DNA of 64,000 bases, from contig JASCQW010000043.1 of NCBI GenBank assembly GCA_030264375.1, positions 88,799,127-88,863,126 of the forward strand, written 5' to 3'. How positions within the stretch are numbered: the first letter of the stretch is position 1; each line of letters begins with the position of its first letter. This DNA is from Carcharhinus longimanus (lineage: Eukaryota). The translations under genes and the position numbers were made by a program. Shown in pieces: positions 10,817-23,412 of the stretch. Under the pieces are notes generated by a model, which was not told the origin of the DNA, searched no databases, and saw only the letters and a program-made list of their open reading frames with translations.

Positions 10817-13800
10817 ATTCTCAAGTGCAGTTTATAGAATAGATGACCAAGCCTGTATTGAACATGGACATTTTTGTTCTTTATCTTGTACATTGAACAT
10901 CAGCAGTAAGTTATTTCCCACTCATTTGGGTAGACAAGCATTTGTATTGAGATTTGTTGAAGCCTTAACTTAAATAATGGCCACTGTTAACTGACAAAGT
11001 ACGATAACTTATCAACATTAATTAATGGCATTGGATGGCAAAAATTGAATGTACAGGGAGCCGTCAAATGTGCATCTCAGTATGGCCCTAATAATTACTG
11101 GGGCAGGATTTGGGAGTAGGGGAGAAGAATTTTATTCAAGAATGTTGGGTTTTTCCTCTGCCTTTTGTCTCTTATGGGTTCCCTGCCCAAAACCTACCCC
11201 TGTCTTGGCTCTCTGTCAGGTAGGGAACACTCTGGAGGAGATCACAGCCCCAGGAACCTGTGTTAGCGAGTGGAATTGTCAGATCATGGGGAGTTGAATC
11301 CACAATCCCGAAGGAGGGGAAGATGATATTCTGATATCAGGAATCTTTGGAAACAGGAGTCAGGGCCAGGAATAAGGTAGGCTTGGTAGGGTAGACGAAA
11401 GTACTCGTGCTAATAAAGGTATTCACTTTCCCAACACATCACTATTCACCTTTCTTTAGTTGTTGGGTTTTCCAAGGTCTGGGAAAACTGACCAGTCAGG
11501 ATTATCCATTCCAAATAGGTTAGATATGAGATTTGCAAATTCATTATAATATTTAAGTAGGTAACTCCTGGGAGCAGATTAGTTGACTGCCCCATTTTTT
11601 CACCTTAAACCCAGAGGGCAGGGGAGTTTGGGAGTTGAGACAGGGATTTGATGGGAATGATGGAGCAGACTGGGATTAAGTTTGAGATTCTTTCGTTCTT
11701 AAAATGACCCCTTACAGGTGCAATTCTAGTGTCCAGCTATCCTTTTCAGCGAGAAACCCTGGCACCTGTCCAGCTCTGGGAGGTGAGGTTGCCCAGAGCC
11801 TATTCAATGGCCAGTACTTTACCACCCAGAATCAGGGCTGACGCGGATCGTAGAATGGAATTCTCCATTGGGTGGGATTTTACATGCCTCACCCCAGCAA
11901 GGCCATGTCTCCATGGCTCCTGTCTAAGGATCTAATCACCACTCTTTTGATGTCCTGGCCTGCGGGCTCTCCCCACCCCAATCCCATACCCCACCCACAA
12001 TGGCATCCATTTAGCCATTTTTACCCATCAGAACACAAGCCTCTTCTGCTTTGTAGGCACACTGACCTCCAATCCTCTACTGAAATCAAACTGAGCCAGG
12101 GGTCTCCCTGGGGTAAACGCTGCAACATGAGAGACCCTCTGCAGCCCTGATCAATAATACCTTTTCTTTTCATGATCAGAAACTGAGCTCAGATACAATG
12201 AAGCTGATGAATGTAGTGGGTAATGGCAGTACAAATTATTATTTACCCAAAGGTCTGGACAGATTAGGAAATGTGTTGAAATACAGCTATGCTAGATTAA
12301 CCAGGTTTATGCTTCTGGCAATGTACTTCATTGCGTATTATATCTAACAAGCCTAACCACGGCTAAGGGTAGAGGTGGAGCCGTCTCAACAGCCAACCCC
12401 ACAGGATAACACTGAAACCACCATAGATAGAACTTTGCAGCCAGTGAGAATACAGAAAAGATATTTAATTAAATGCCTGAGTCACTCGGGTCCCTAATAA
12501 ACTTTGTCCACATGTGCATGATGCAATAGCCTAACACACCATTCCAAAGATGTCCTGTGCTTCATTCGATAGCCCAACTTGCAACTAATTTGTTGTGAAC
12601 CAACATAAATTAACTCCAAAAGATGTTCAAATAAAATACCAACTTTATTTTTTGGGTTGTGTTTCGTGTTTCGCACACTGAGAGCTCCTTTTAATGACAA
12701 TTATCAAAATTGGCTCAGCAATTTCTGACTAGTAATCATAAATTTAAAACAAAGTTTTAGTGACATAATCAGCCTCACACCAGGGGACGGTGCAAGGCTA
12801 ATTTTAATATTCAGTGGCTNNNNNNNNNNNNNNNNNNNNNNNNNNNNNNNNNNNNNNNNNNNNNNNNNNNNNNNNNNNNNNNNNNNNNNNNNNNNNNNNN
12901 NNNNNNNNNNNNNNNNNNNNNNNNNNNNNNNNNNNNNNNNNNNNNNNNNNNNNNNNNNNNNNNNNNNNNNNNNNNNNNNNNNNNNNNNNNNNNNNNNNNN
13001 NNNNNNNNNNNNNNNNNNNNNNNNNNNNNNNNNNNNNNNNNNNNNNNNNNNNNNNNNNNNNNNNNNNNNNNNNNNNNNNNNNNNNNNNNNNNNNNNNNNN
13101 NNNNNNNNNNNNNNNNNNNNNNNNNNNNNNNNNNNNNNNNNNNNNNNNNNNNNNNNNNNNNNNNNNNNNNNNNNNNNNNNNNNNNNNNNNNNNNNNNNNN
13201 NNNNNNNNNNNNNNNNNNNNNNNNNNNNNNNNNNNNNNNNNNNNNNNNNNNNNNNNNNNNNNNNNNNNNNNNNNNNNNNNNNNNNNNNNNNNNNNNNNNN
13301 NNNNNNNNNNNNNNNNNNNNNNNNNNNNNNNNNNNNNNNNNNNNNNNNNNNNNNNNNNNNNNNNNNNNNNNNNNNNNNNNNNNNNNNNNNNNNNNNNNNN
13401 NNNNNNNNNNNNNNNNNCGGGCGGGGGTGAGGAGAGAATGTCGATTGATCTCCCAGTATGCTGGGAGATCAATCCAGTTTCTATCCTCCCAGTATGCTGG
13501 GAGATAGGCACATGCCCAGTGGCTCCCTGAGCACTCTGTTGCCAACCTCTCCAGTGGGTTTAGGCTCTGCCTCCACCTTACTGGTGTGAATGGCCTGACA
13601 GCCTCTGTATTCCTCAGAGAACTGTAAATTCATTAAACTCAGCTCACCCAAAAAACAGGAGGCTAAGCCTCTTGTTTTTCCACCCATTGGTCATGTTGAA
13701 CTTTTGGGGGAAATCATCCCCCTGATCTTTGGTGTGGCTGTAGAGGGAGGGGTCAGAGGATCACTTTGTAAGTTTGCTCCAGGGCCTGGCTAAGTTGGCC

Positions 13801-14179
13801 ATTAATGGTCCCAGACAGTGGGCTGTCTGCCCCTCCTCCAAGACTATGTTCACATCTGTGTGTCCCTGGAGAGGGGACAAGCAGTGTCTGCCCATACACC
13901 AGAGCCCAACCTTACTGGTGGGCTGTGGCCCCAGAAATAACATTTTAGTTTAATTTTTAAGTTTCCTTTGAAAGTTTTTTTTTGTTACAGTACCCCTTTA
14001 GTTTATATTTGTTCACTTGTTTTACAAAAGGACATACACAGGAAACCAAGAATAGGACACAGTGGATATTCAGAGGGGAATGATCTGGTCTATTCCTCCT
14101 CCACTACCCCCACCTAAGAAGATAGGCAACACCAGCTTTTCTAACCTCATGGAGTAGGCAGGGCACTGGAGAGGCTCTT

Positions 14180-14483
14180 TGGCATGGTAGCACAGTGGTT
14201 AGCACTGCTGCCTCACATGCACCAGGGACACAGGTTCAATTCCTGCCTTGGTTCACTGTCTGTGTTGAGTCTGTGCATTCTCCCCAAGTCTGCGTCGGTT
14301 TCCTCCGGGTGCCGCAGTTTCCTCCAACACTCTGATAGATATGCTGGCTAGGTGCATTGGCCATACTAAATTCTCACTCAGTGTACCTGAACAGGCACCA
14401 GAGTGCGGCGACTAGGGGATTTTCAAGCAACTTCATTACAGTGTTAATATAAGCCTACTTGTGACACTAATAAGTAAACTTTA
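14180..14483 (+). mobile_element. HE1-related SINE with alternative tail
   Basis: HE1 head plus ACTAGGGGATTTTC..CCTACTTGTGACACTAATAA tail. Confidence 0.8.
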
Positions 14484-14849
14484 CATTTGATGATCTCCCA
14501 AGTGGCCTGATTCTGTGTCGTATATCTAATGTAAAACCCCAGAAACTCTGGCTGAATCAATGCTGTCAGTGTACCATAAACTCTGAGATTGCTGCCTGCA
14601 GGTTATTTTTGGACCACAGCTTTGAAATGTTTTTACTGTATCGGCTGGATCAAGCCTCCCAGAATTGCAAGGTACATCCCGTGTAGCAAGAAACCTTTTT
14701 CCATGAACCAATCTTCATTTCTCAAAATGCACGCAAATTTTCTGTGATAATATAAAATGTGTATAATATTTCAGTATTGTACAGTTGCTATGAGGGTGGG
14801 TGTGTAATATATCTAGATTTCTAACTTCATGAACAGTATTCTGGGAGAG

Positions 14850-15480
14850 CACGTGATTAAATATTGGGCTTTTTTAAGGGCGTTCGCAAGATTTAAAAAC
14901 CTAAATAAACGGTGGTTAAGATATTAATCATCGAAGTTGTTGCCTGAGAAATTGAAAATGCTTAGCGATTTAGAAATCTGCCGTCATCACTGATAAAGAA
15001 CTCACATTAGAAACTCCCTCGAGGTTGTCTGACAAAGCTCTGGTGGCGAATGCTGGATAGCAAACCGGTACAGAAGCATGACTCTAACCTTCGGCGAGAG
15101 AAATCCGTTCAAGAAGCCCGTCCAGGCGGCGCCGGGAGCGGCTAGCGAGGCTGCCTGAGCCCGGGGGATCCACATCATCGGTGTCGCGGCGTTGGAAGCA
15201 GCAATACCGGGAAAACATTTCTCCCCCTCGGTTTTTAAACAGAATGCGACTGACTACAGGCCTTCGCTCAACTAAAAGACGCCGAAGGGTCGATAGAAGC
15301 TTTGTCAAGTTAGACGAGGCTGATTTGGCGAATAGTAATGTTCCTGTCGTGTTATTCTGTAAAGATATGTACTGATTGAATCAACAGACTCATCAGTAGT
15401 GTTGCTCTTCTGTTCACTAACCCTCATTGCGTATTTTGTTCTAGCCTTGACTCACTAAAGTGCGAACAATTTGCCGACTG
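14850..15480 (-). promoter_or_regulatory. Isolated CpG island, probably a promoter/first exon of an unidentified minus-strand transcript
   Basis: Non-repeat CpG-dense block. Minus-strand donor GAAG|GTTAGA at 15089/15088; E2F-like TTTGGCG at ~15324. Confidence 0.45.
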
Positions 15481-15486
15481 AATGAG

Positions 15487-15690
15487 TAAAGTTAAAGTTT
15501 ATTTATTAGTGTTACAATTAGGTTTACATTAACACCGCAATGAAATTACTGTGAAAATCCCCTAGTCGCTACATTCCGGCACCTGTTTGGGTACACTGAG
15601 GGAGAATTTAGCATGGTCAAGGCACTTAACCAGCAGGTCTTTCGGACTGTGGCAGAAACCGGAGCACTCGGAGGGAGCCCATGTTCTCCC
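15487..15690 (-). mobile_element. HE1-related SINE with alternative tail, partial
   Basis: Reverse complement of the alternative tail. Confidence 0.75.
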
Positions 15691-16200
15691 CATATTTGTA
15701 TGAGTTTCCTCAGGGTGTTCCAGATATGCAAAAAGACACTCCTGCTTCTCTCAGCCCAATACAATGAAGAGTAACCCAGCTGTGAGATCCCTTTGGTCCA
15801 CAGTGCATGCTCCGCTTATCATTGTACATTATAGGATTCTGTCTTGCAGTTTCAATTTTAACCCAGCTGTTGGACTTTGTCTGGCTGTAATCCCGGGAAA
15901 ATTTCAGCCAAACCACAATGATGTCAATAATGGGGCCATGGCCTATCATTGTTGGGGGGCTCTGTCACACTATTTTCATCATGTGGGAGGCTTCCAGATT
16001 GGCTCACATATCCGGTTTGTCAAGAGTGATGCATTGTTTCATCATGGAAGTGGCTATTGAATGTGAGTCAACTGCAGAACATAGGTTCTCCTCAATGTAA
16101 CAACTAAGGTGACTGAACTCAAAACAATATCACAACAGGCCCAAATACATTTGTCTCTGTTCCATTGAGTCTACAAAAAAAAGTGGAACATTGTACAACC

Positions 16201-16518
16201 ACAGCACGGTGGCACAGTGGTTAGAGCTGCTGCCTCACAGCACCAGGGACTGAGGTTCAATTCCAGCCTCAGGTGACTGTCTGTGTGGAGTTTGCGCATT
16301 CACCCTGTGACAGAGTGGGTTTCCTCCGGATGCTCTGGTTTCCTCCTACATTCCAAAGATGTGTGGGTTAGCCATGCTAAATTGCCCCTTAGTGTTAGGG
16401 GATTTGCAGGGTAAATATGGGGGGTTTGGGGGGGAAGGGCCTGGGTGGGATTGTTGCCAGTGCCAGCTTGATGGGCCTAATGCTCTCCTTCTGCACTGTA
16501 GGGATTCTATGATTCTAA
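16201..16518 (+). mobile_element. HE1 SINE
   Basis: Consensus head, body and tail. Confidence 0.85.
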
Positions 16519-17974
16519 CTATAAAAGACTTCTAAAGTGATCTTGTAATAAACATTATGGTTTGCTAGTCTTTTACTAGAGAGCAATTCAGAGAAAATAG
16601 GAAGTGTGCCTCAATTTTTTTAATATAGTATAAAGGTATGGTGTGACATGGGAACACTATGATGGACAAGCAAGCTGTGGAAGGTTTCTGTCTAAGGAGG
16701 GATTAGGTGATGAACATACCTTTGAAGTATTTGTGTTACCTGTGGAGTTATTTATTTTTTCAATACACTAACATGAATATCCACTTTTAACTATTTTATA
16801 ATTGTGGTAGTAAAATCAAAATCACAATGAACATAACTCTAGATACAAATTATTGACATGGTTTCAATATAGTGATTTTCAGAACATCATATCCCATTTT
16901 TTTATCTCTCTGTCTCTCTCGCTTCATCAGGGTTTTTGCGCCCCTTTTGAGTTTTTGCTTTTTGTGCTGACAGATGGGTCCTTTGTCTTCAGCTCCAAGC
17001 CCTGGTGGTCATGTGGTTGGACCCGACCAATGAAAAAAATCTAAACCACGCATGTACGGCCCTTTCCTAGCCAGCGCATGCACAGGAGGTCTGAGGTTTG
17101 TCAGGTCTTGGAGATGCCAACCACAGTGCTAAAGATGAAGGTTAATTTAGTGACATAAATCTTTAATCCTTTTGAATCTTGTGCCACGGCACACTGATTA
17201 CAAACCACTGATTTAATGGATTCTGTTGATCCTATCCATAAATTCACCCCAGATATTGACTACTCTTGTCAGGAAGCATTTCTTCATGCAGGCAGCCCTG
17301 AACTTACCTTTTCTCAGTTTGTACCTATATCCTGTTGCCAGTGTAGTTAAGGTTTAACTTGAAACAGTGCTTNNNNNNNNNNNNNNNNNNNNNNNNNNNN
17401 NNNNNNNNNNNNNNNNNNNNNNNNNNNNNNNNNNNNNNNNNNNNNNNNNNNNNNNNNNNNNNNNNNNNNNNNAGTGCTTAGGATTAACTTTTTCTGTTCT
17501 ATTTAGTACCTATTCTATAGACCACTATGAGCCGCCTTCCATCGCAACCCTCCTCCCCTCCCCATTTTGTTTACCCCATTCCAAAGATGAAGAATTCAAG
17601 TTTTCCTCACTTTTCCTCATTTTGATACAATGGTTTTTGTTTTTCCTCATTCTCTGCCCTGGTATCAAGGGCTCAAATGTTTCCAGGCAACTTGTATTTT
17701 TCAGGGCAGCAGTCAGAGTTGGGCCGATTGTTATCAATATTTTCATTTGCAGGATACATTAAAGGGATTTCTTTTCCTCTGACTCACAACAAGTGGGTAT
17801 TCAGGGAGGGCCATCGGAAATATGTTTCCCTCCTATTCTTCATATTCCCATGATATGGTTTGTCTCCTTTGTATATCTCATTAATATTTGTCACATCTGG
17901 AAAATACTTCAGTAAAGTTCATTAACACTTGGATCAAATGTGCACTGTTATTAAAGGATGCATAAGTGTGCATA

Positions 17975-18265
17975 GGTATAGAATCCCGACCGTGCAGGAG
18001 GAGGCCATTCACCCCATTGAGTCTGCACTGACTTTCTGACAGGGCGTCTTACCCAGGCCCTCTCCCTCACCTATCTTCATTATCCCGCACATTCACTATG
18101 GTTAATCCATCTAACCTACACATCTTTGGAGTGTGCCACACAAAGGAAACCCATGCAGACTGGGACAAATGTGCAAATTCCACACAGCCATCCAAGGCTG
18201 GAATTGAACCCAGGACCCTAGCACTGTGATGCAGAAGTGCTAATTACTGTGCCACTGTGCTGTCC
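17975..18265 (-). mobile_element. HE1 SINE
   Basis: Reverse-complement consensus. Confidence 0.8.
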
Positions 18266-18740
18266 AAATATACAATACTATAAGATACTTAAGTAACAGA
18301 GGTTAAAAATGATTGGTGTCCAAGAAAATTATTTTCCTGATACTATACTGAGTTAATGTTTATTCTGGCATTAAAGTCTTACTTTTATGGCTAACATAGA
18401 TGCTAACATTCATGAATGTCCAACAAAAGCCTTGGCCTAATATTGCATTATTTAAGTTCTGACAACTAAACATTTTTTCTAACACTTATGTTGAGCTCCT
18501 TCACTGATTGAACTAGTCATTCAGGAAGCAACTGGCATCATCATTTATGGAACAGTTCATTCTCAACAAGGGGTGCAAAGCAATTTCAGCAATTACATTA
18601 AAGGACTTTCTTATTATAACAACTGAACAATTTCCGAATAAAAGATCAGTTATATTACCAAATTTAATAAGCATGCAAATAGAGATGTTGGAAAAAAAAG
18701 TGTATGCAGTAACTCTAAAGCAAATCCCCTCAAAAATATT

Positions 18741-19035
18741 GATGGCACAGTGGTTAGTTCTGCTGCCTCACAGCATCAGGGACCCAGGTTTGTATTACTG
18801 GCTTGGGACACTGTGTAAAGCCTGCAAGTTGTCTCCATGTCTGCATGGGTTTCCTCTGGATGTTCCAGTTTCCTCCCACAGACTGAAAGGTGTGCTGATT
18901 TGGTGCATTGGCCATACTAAATTCTCCTTCAGTGTATCCAAACAGTTACTGGAGTCTGGTGACTAGGGGATTTTTACAGTAACTTCTTTGCAGTGTTAAT
19001 GTAGCCTACTTGTGACACTAATAAATAAACTTTAA
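18741..19035 (+). mobile_element. HE1-related SINE with alternative tail
   Basis: Same structure as the 14180 copy. Confidence 0.8.
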
Positions 19036-19136
19036 AAGTTATTAGCTTTACTGTTTACATTAGAAATGCAAATAATGATTTAATTTTTTTCAATATTATC
19101 TATTATGTTCATTAGAAAAACACAATTCAACGTTTT

Positions 19137-19641
19137 TCATAGAATCATAGAACCCTACAGTGCAGAAAGAGGCCCTTCAGCCCATCAAGTCTGCGCCGAT
19201 CACAATCCCACCCAGGCCCTATCCCCATATCCCTACATATTTTACCCACTAATCCGTCTAACCCATGCATCTCAGTACACTAAGGGGAAATTTTAGCATG
19301 ATCAATCAACCGAAGCTGCACATCTTTGGATTGTGGGAGAAAACTGGAGCACCCACAGGAAACCCACGCAGACACAAGGAGAATGTGCAAACTCCACACA
19401 GACAGTGACCCGAGCCAGGAATCCAACCCAGGTNNNNNNNNNNNNNNNNNNNNNNNNNNNNNNNNNNNNNNNNNNNNNNNNNNNNNNNNNNNNNNNNNNN
19501 NNNNNNNNNNNNNNNNNNNNNNNNNNNNNNNNNCAAGGAGAATGTGCAAACTCCACACAGACAGTGACCCGAGCCAGGAATCCAACCCAGGTCCCTGGAG
19601 CTGTGAAGCAGCAGTGCTAACCATTGTGCTACCGTGCCGCC
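19137..19641 (-). mobile_element. HE1 SINE (spans a gap)
   Basis: CATAGAATCATAGAA tail plus consensus body. Confidence 0.85.
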
Positions 19642-20906
19642 TGTAGACATTATTGCCTTACAGATAAAAATGGCAATCTCCTGTGCTGTAGACCTCTGAA
19701 TGACTTGAGCAGTTTTACCCTCTGTGCTCAGAGTACATTAACAAATTAAATGCCTTTTGTCAAATCCAACTCAAACCAAACTTTTTCAAGAAATTAATTT
19801 TTACTTGCTCATAAATGGGTGACGCTGGAAAGTCTGCTGTTAAAACCCACATTTTGTTGCCCTGTATAGGTCGAAGTGAGCTTCCTGCTTGAGTTACAAT
19901 ACTTTTTGTAATGATAACCCTTTGACAATAGTGTAAGGTAAGATAATGGCTCATTGTCACCACATCCATCTTTTTCCTATTCTTCTTAAAGATTGGCTAA
20001 AGCTAGGTGGCTTGCCTAGTTCGGAGGATATAAGCAGACAAACGCAAGAAGGAATAAACAAGCCCTATTAGTGAACCAGATTTTATGATAATCTGGCAAA
20101 CTTCATAGATTTATTGTCTGTTGCAGGTGAACAGATCTGCTGAATTTAATTTTAAAAGTTGTCCTGGTCAGATTTGAACTCATGACCTGTCTGTTACTAG
20201 TTCCGTACAATACCATGCTTATCTTGCTCAGAGTCAATCTACCATACCAAATGATAATGTCGCCCTAAGCTGACACGTGAAGAAGCAGAAGTGACTGTCT
20301 CACAAATAAACATGGATCTTTCATGTAATGCATATTTAGTGATGTTGGGCTGTAATTTGGATTCAAAATTCTAGATTGAAGCACAGCAGATGTCAAACTG
20401 AAGAGAACATGCTTTATCACAGTAAATATAATTTAAGATTTCCAGCAATTTTGTTGTTTTTTTGGTCTATAAAGATTTCACAATGCTTTATATAACCCAG
20501 ACAGATTGCCTACTGTTCAAACACATGCCCAGACATGTGAGTGTCTCATGAAAGATTATTCTCAGAATTTTCTCAGCCGTTATCATAAACATATTCAGGA
20601 AGGTAGCCAAGAACATCTAATTGTTTACTTCAAAAAATTGAACACAGAAATATAATTAACATTCTATGGCCAACAAGGAAAATCTAACCAGTTGTACCAG
20701 GAATTATTGCAGCCCTCAGAGAGAAACACTGTTTAACATAGCATATGGATTATTGCAGCACTTGATGTTTTCACTGACATGCGGAGCAACAGGTATTGGG
20801 CAAATTAGCTCCAAAGCTACAATTCAAGCATTGGACTCAGACAATATATCATAAATTGTAAAAAAAAACCTCAAGTGATTCATGAATATTTGCAGAACTC
20901 ATATTA

Positions 20907-21320
20907 TCATAGAATCATAGAAACCCTACAATACAGAAACAGGCCATTCGACCCATCGAGTCTGCACCGACCACAATCCCATCCAGGCCCAACCCCATAT
21001 CCCCACATATTTTACCCACTAATCCCTCTAACTTACACATCTCAGGACACTGAGAGGCAGTTTTAGCATGGCCAATCAACCTAACCCGCACATCTTTGGA
21101 CTGTGGGAGGAAACCGGAGCACCCGGAGGAAANNNNNNNNNNNNNNNNNNNNNNNNNNNNNNNNNNNNNNNNNNNNNNNNNNNNNNNNNNNNNNNNNNNN
21201 NNNNNNNNNNNNNNNNNNNNNNNNNNNNNNNNGGCCAATCAACCTAACCCGCACATCTTTGGACTGTGGGAGGAAACCGGAGCACCCGGAGGAAACCCAC
21301 ACACACACGAGGATACTATG
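20907..21320 (-). mobile_element. HE1 SINE (spans a gap, 5'-truncated)
   Basis: Consensus tail and body. Confidence 0.8.
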
Positions 21321-21439
21321 CAGTGAATAGCTGGTATGAAAAATATCTGCTTTTCTACTTGTCAAGTGATGGGCATATTACATAGTTTAGGTGAAAAATG
21401 TTAAGGTTCATTATGATACCAAAAGAAAATCAGCATTAC

Positions 21440-21770
21440 AAGGGTGTAGTGGTGTTGTTACTGGATGAGTAATCCAGAGACCCAGGGTAATGCTCTGGGG
21501 AGCCAGGTTTGAATCCCCCCATGGCAGATGATGGAATCTGAATACAATAAAAATCTGTAATTAAAAGTCTAATGATGACAGTGGCACAATTGTTGTAAGA
21601 ACCTACCTAGTTCACGAATTTGCTTCAAGAAAGGCTATCGTCCTCACTTGGTCTATGACTCTAGACTCAGCAACTGCCCTCTGAAATGGCACAGCAAGTC
21701 ACTAAGTTCAAGAACAATTAGCAAATGCTGGTCTTGCCAGTGATGCCTGCATCCTGTAAATGAATTTTTA
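21440..21770 (+). mobile_element. Second tRNA-derived SINE family (other copies 22785-23115 -, 47965-48300 +, 51800-52255 +)
   Basis: GTAATCCAGAG..GGTTTGAATCC B-box head and a GGAAGGAAATCTGCCATCCTTACC-type body shared among copies. Confidence 0.65.
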
Positions 21771-23119
21771 ACGAATTACATGATAGATTCTGCAGCAAAA
21801 TGAGATTGTTTTAATCAGTTAATCTTCAACAGTATGTACTGGTATGCAAACTAGTGAGTTTATATTACACATAGAATTATGCTTAGTGAAATCATTGAAG
21901 AGTTCAGATGATATTCTAAAATGTCAATATTGACTAGGTTTGTGACCTTCATTTGACCTCCAAAGTTTGTATGATTAAAGTTCTGGAATCACTCCAATTC
22001 AGCTGTTTGTTTTTACATATGTTTCCTCTCTTCTGCCGTCACTATAGGTTTATACTAGGCTGTAATTCCAAGGCAGGAGATGCCCATCAGTACTTCACTC
22101 ATATGGCCTTTCTTCCTGGCTAAACCCAGTCTAACACAGGGGCATCACAGCCCCTGAAATTTGAATCTGCTTTTGTCCATTGCTCACACAGTCACACTTG
22201 CCAGCAAAGCAATCAGAAGCGGAAACTCTGATTTTTTTTATCTCTCTCTCTTTACCCCAGGTTGCCAGGGCAAAATAGCAGCATCATTGCTGCCAGCCTG
22301 ATGGAGACCAGCTAACTTCACACATTCCATGAATTGTTTGTAATCTTTAACTCAGTTGTACTCTGTCCATTCAACATTTAAGCGATTAGGGGTTATTCTT
22401 GTTACATAATAATCTTTACAGTAAATTGAGTGCTTTTTATATGATCCTTTTGTTTTACTGTCTGTGATAAGGTCAGCATGTAATTGATGTGGGGTAACTT
22501 CATAGTTAATGGATTGAAAACTGTGATATAATCATTGCAGACCTGTCAAAAAATAATTAGTGGTACATTATTGGGAAGATCAACATCAGCATTAAATATT
22601 TGAGCTGGTTGACATTACCAGACTTCAATGGTAGTAAATGCTTTGCATGTATGAGAGATTGGGTTTGATCCCAAGTAGTTCCATGGAAATGGGGAAGCAA
22701 ATTTAAAATGAACTCAATGTTTAGCTTTGATCATTGGTAGTGCATTAGGAGGTTTTGTACTCAGGTACTCTCTCAGAGATATCTTTTTTATTCATTCATG
22801 GGACATGGGCATTACTGGCTGGCCAACATTTATTGCCCATGCCCTTGTTTAGAGAGAAGTTGAGAGTCAACTACATTGCTGTGGCTCTGGAATCACATAT
22901 AGGCCAGACAAGGTAAGGACAGCAGATTTCCTTCCCCTAAAGAACATTAGTGAACCTGGTGGGTTTTTCCTGACAATGGCTTCATGGTCATCAGTAGATT
23001 CCAGATTTTTTTAATTGAATTCAAGTTCCACAGTTAGTCATGTGGGATTCGAATGCAGGTCCCCAGAACATTACTGGAGTTTCTGGATTAATAGTCAAGC
23101 GATAATACCATTATGATAT

Positions 23120-23412
23120 CATATTACTGAGGGAGTAGCGCACTGTCGGAAGTGCTATCACTTGGATAACATATTTTCTTTCTGTGATGGATGTGAAAGA
23201 TCCCATGGCAAAATTGAAAGAGGAATTTTCCTGCTATGTGGTTAAACTGGTATCCCTCAATTATGACAGCAGGTTATCTGGTCAATATCTCATTGTTATT
23301 TGAGGGACCTTGTTTATGCAAATTGATACATTTCAAAAAGGGCTTCATTGACTGTTAAGCACTTTGAACTGTCCTGCAAAGTGTCATGGGAATATAAATT
23401 CTTGCTTTCTTT
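23120..23412 (+). mobile_element. SacSINE1-like DeuSINE
   Basis: GATCCCATGGCA..GTTATCTGGTC..CTTCATTGACTGTTAAGCACTTTG. Confidence 0.55.

Noticed and set aside
1189-13545. Long ORFs in the ORF track (for example 335 aa, 289 aa, 244 aa)
   Set aside because: They are mostly X residues from N-gaps.
15088-15375. Arg-rich + strand open frame (..RSRSPSRRRRERLAR..KRRRRVDR..) as a possible ARF exon 1-beta
   Set aside because: No ATG at its start, no ARF N-terminal motif and no convincing donor. Arg richness follows from CpG content, and the splice signal lies on the minus strand.
15740-16130. Possible transposase or other coding remnant
   Set aside because: No motif could be confirmed by eye.
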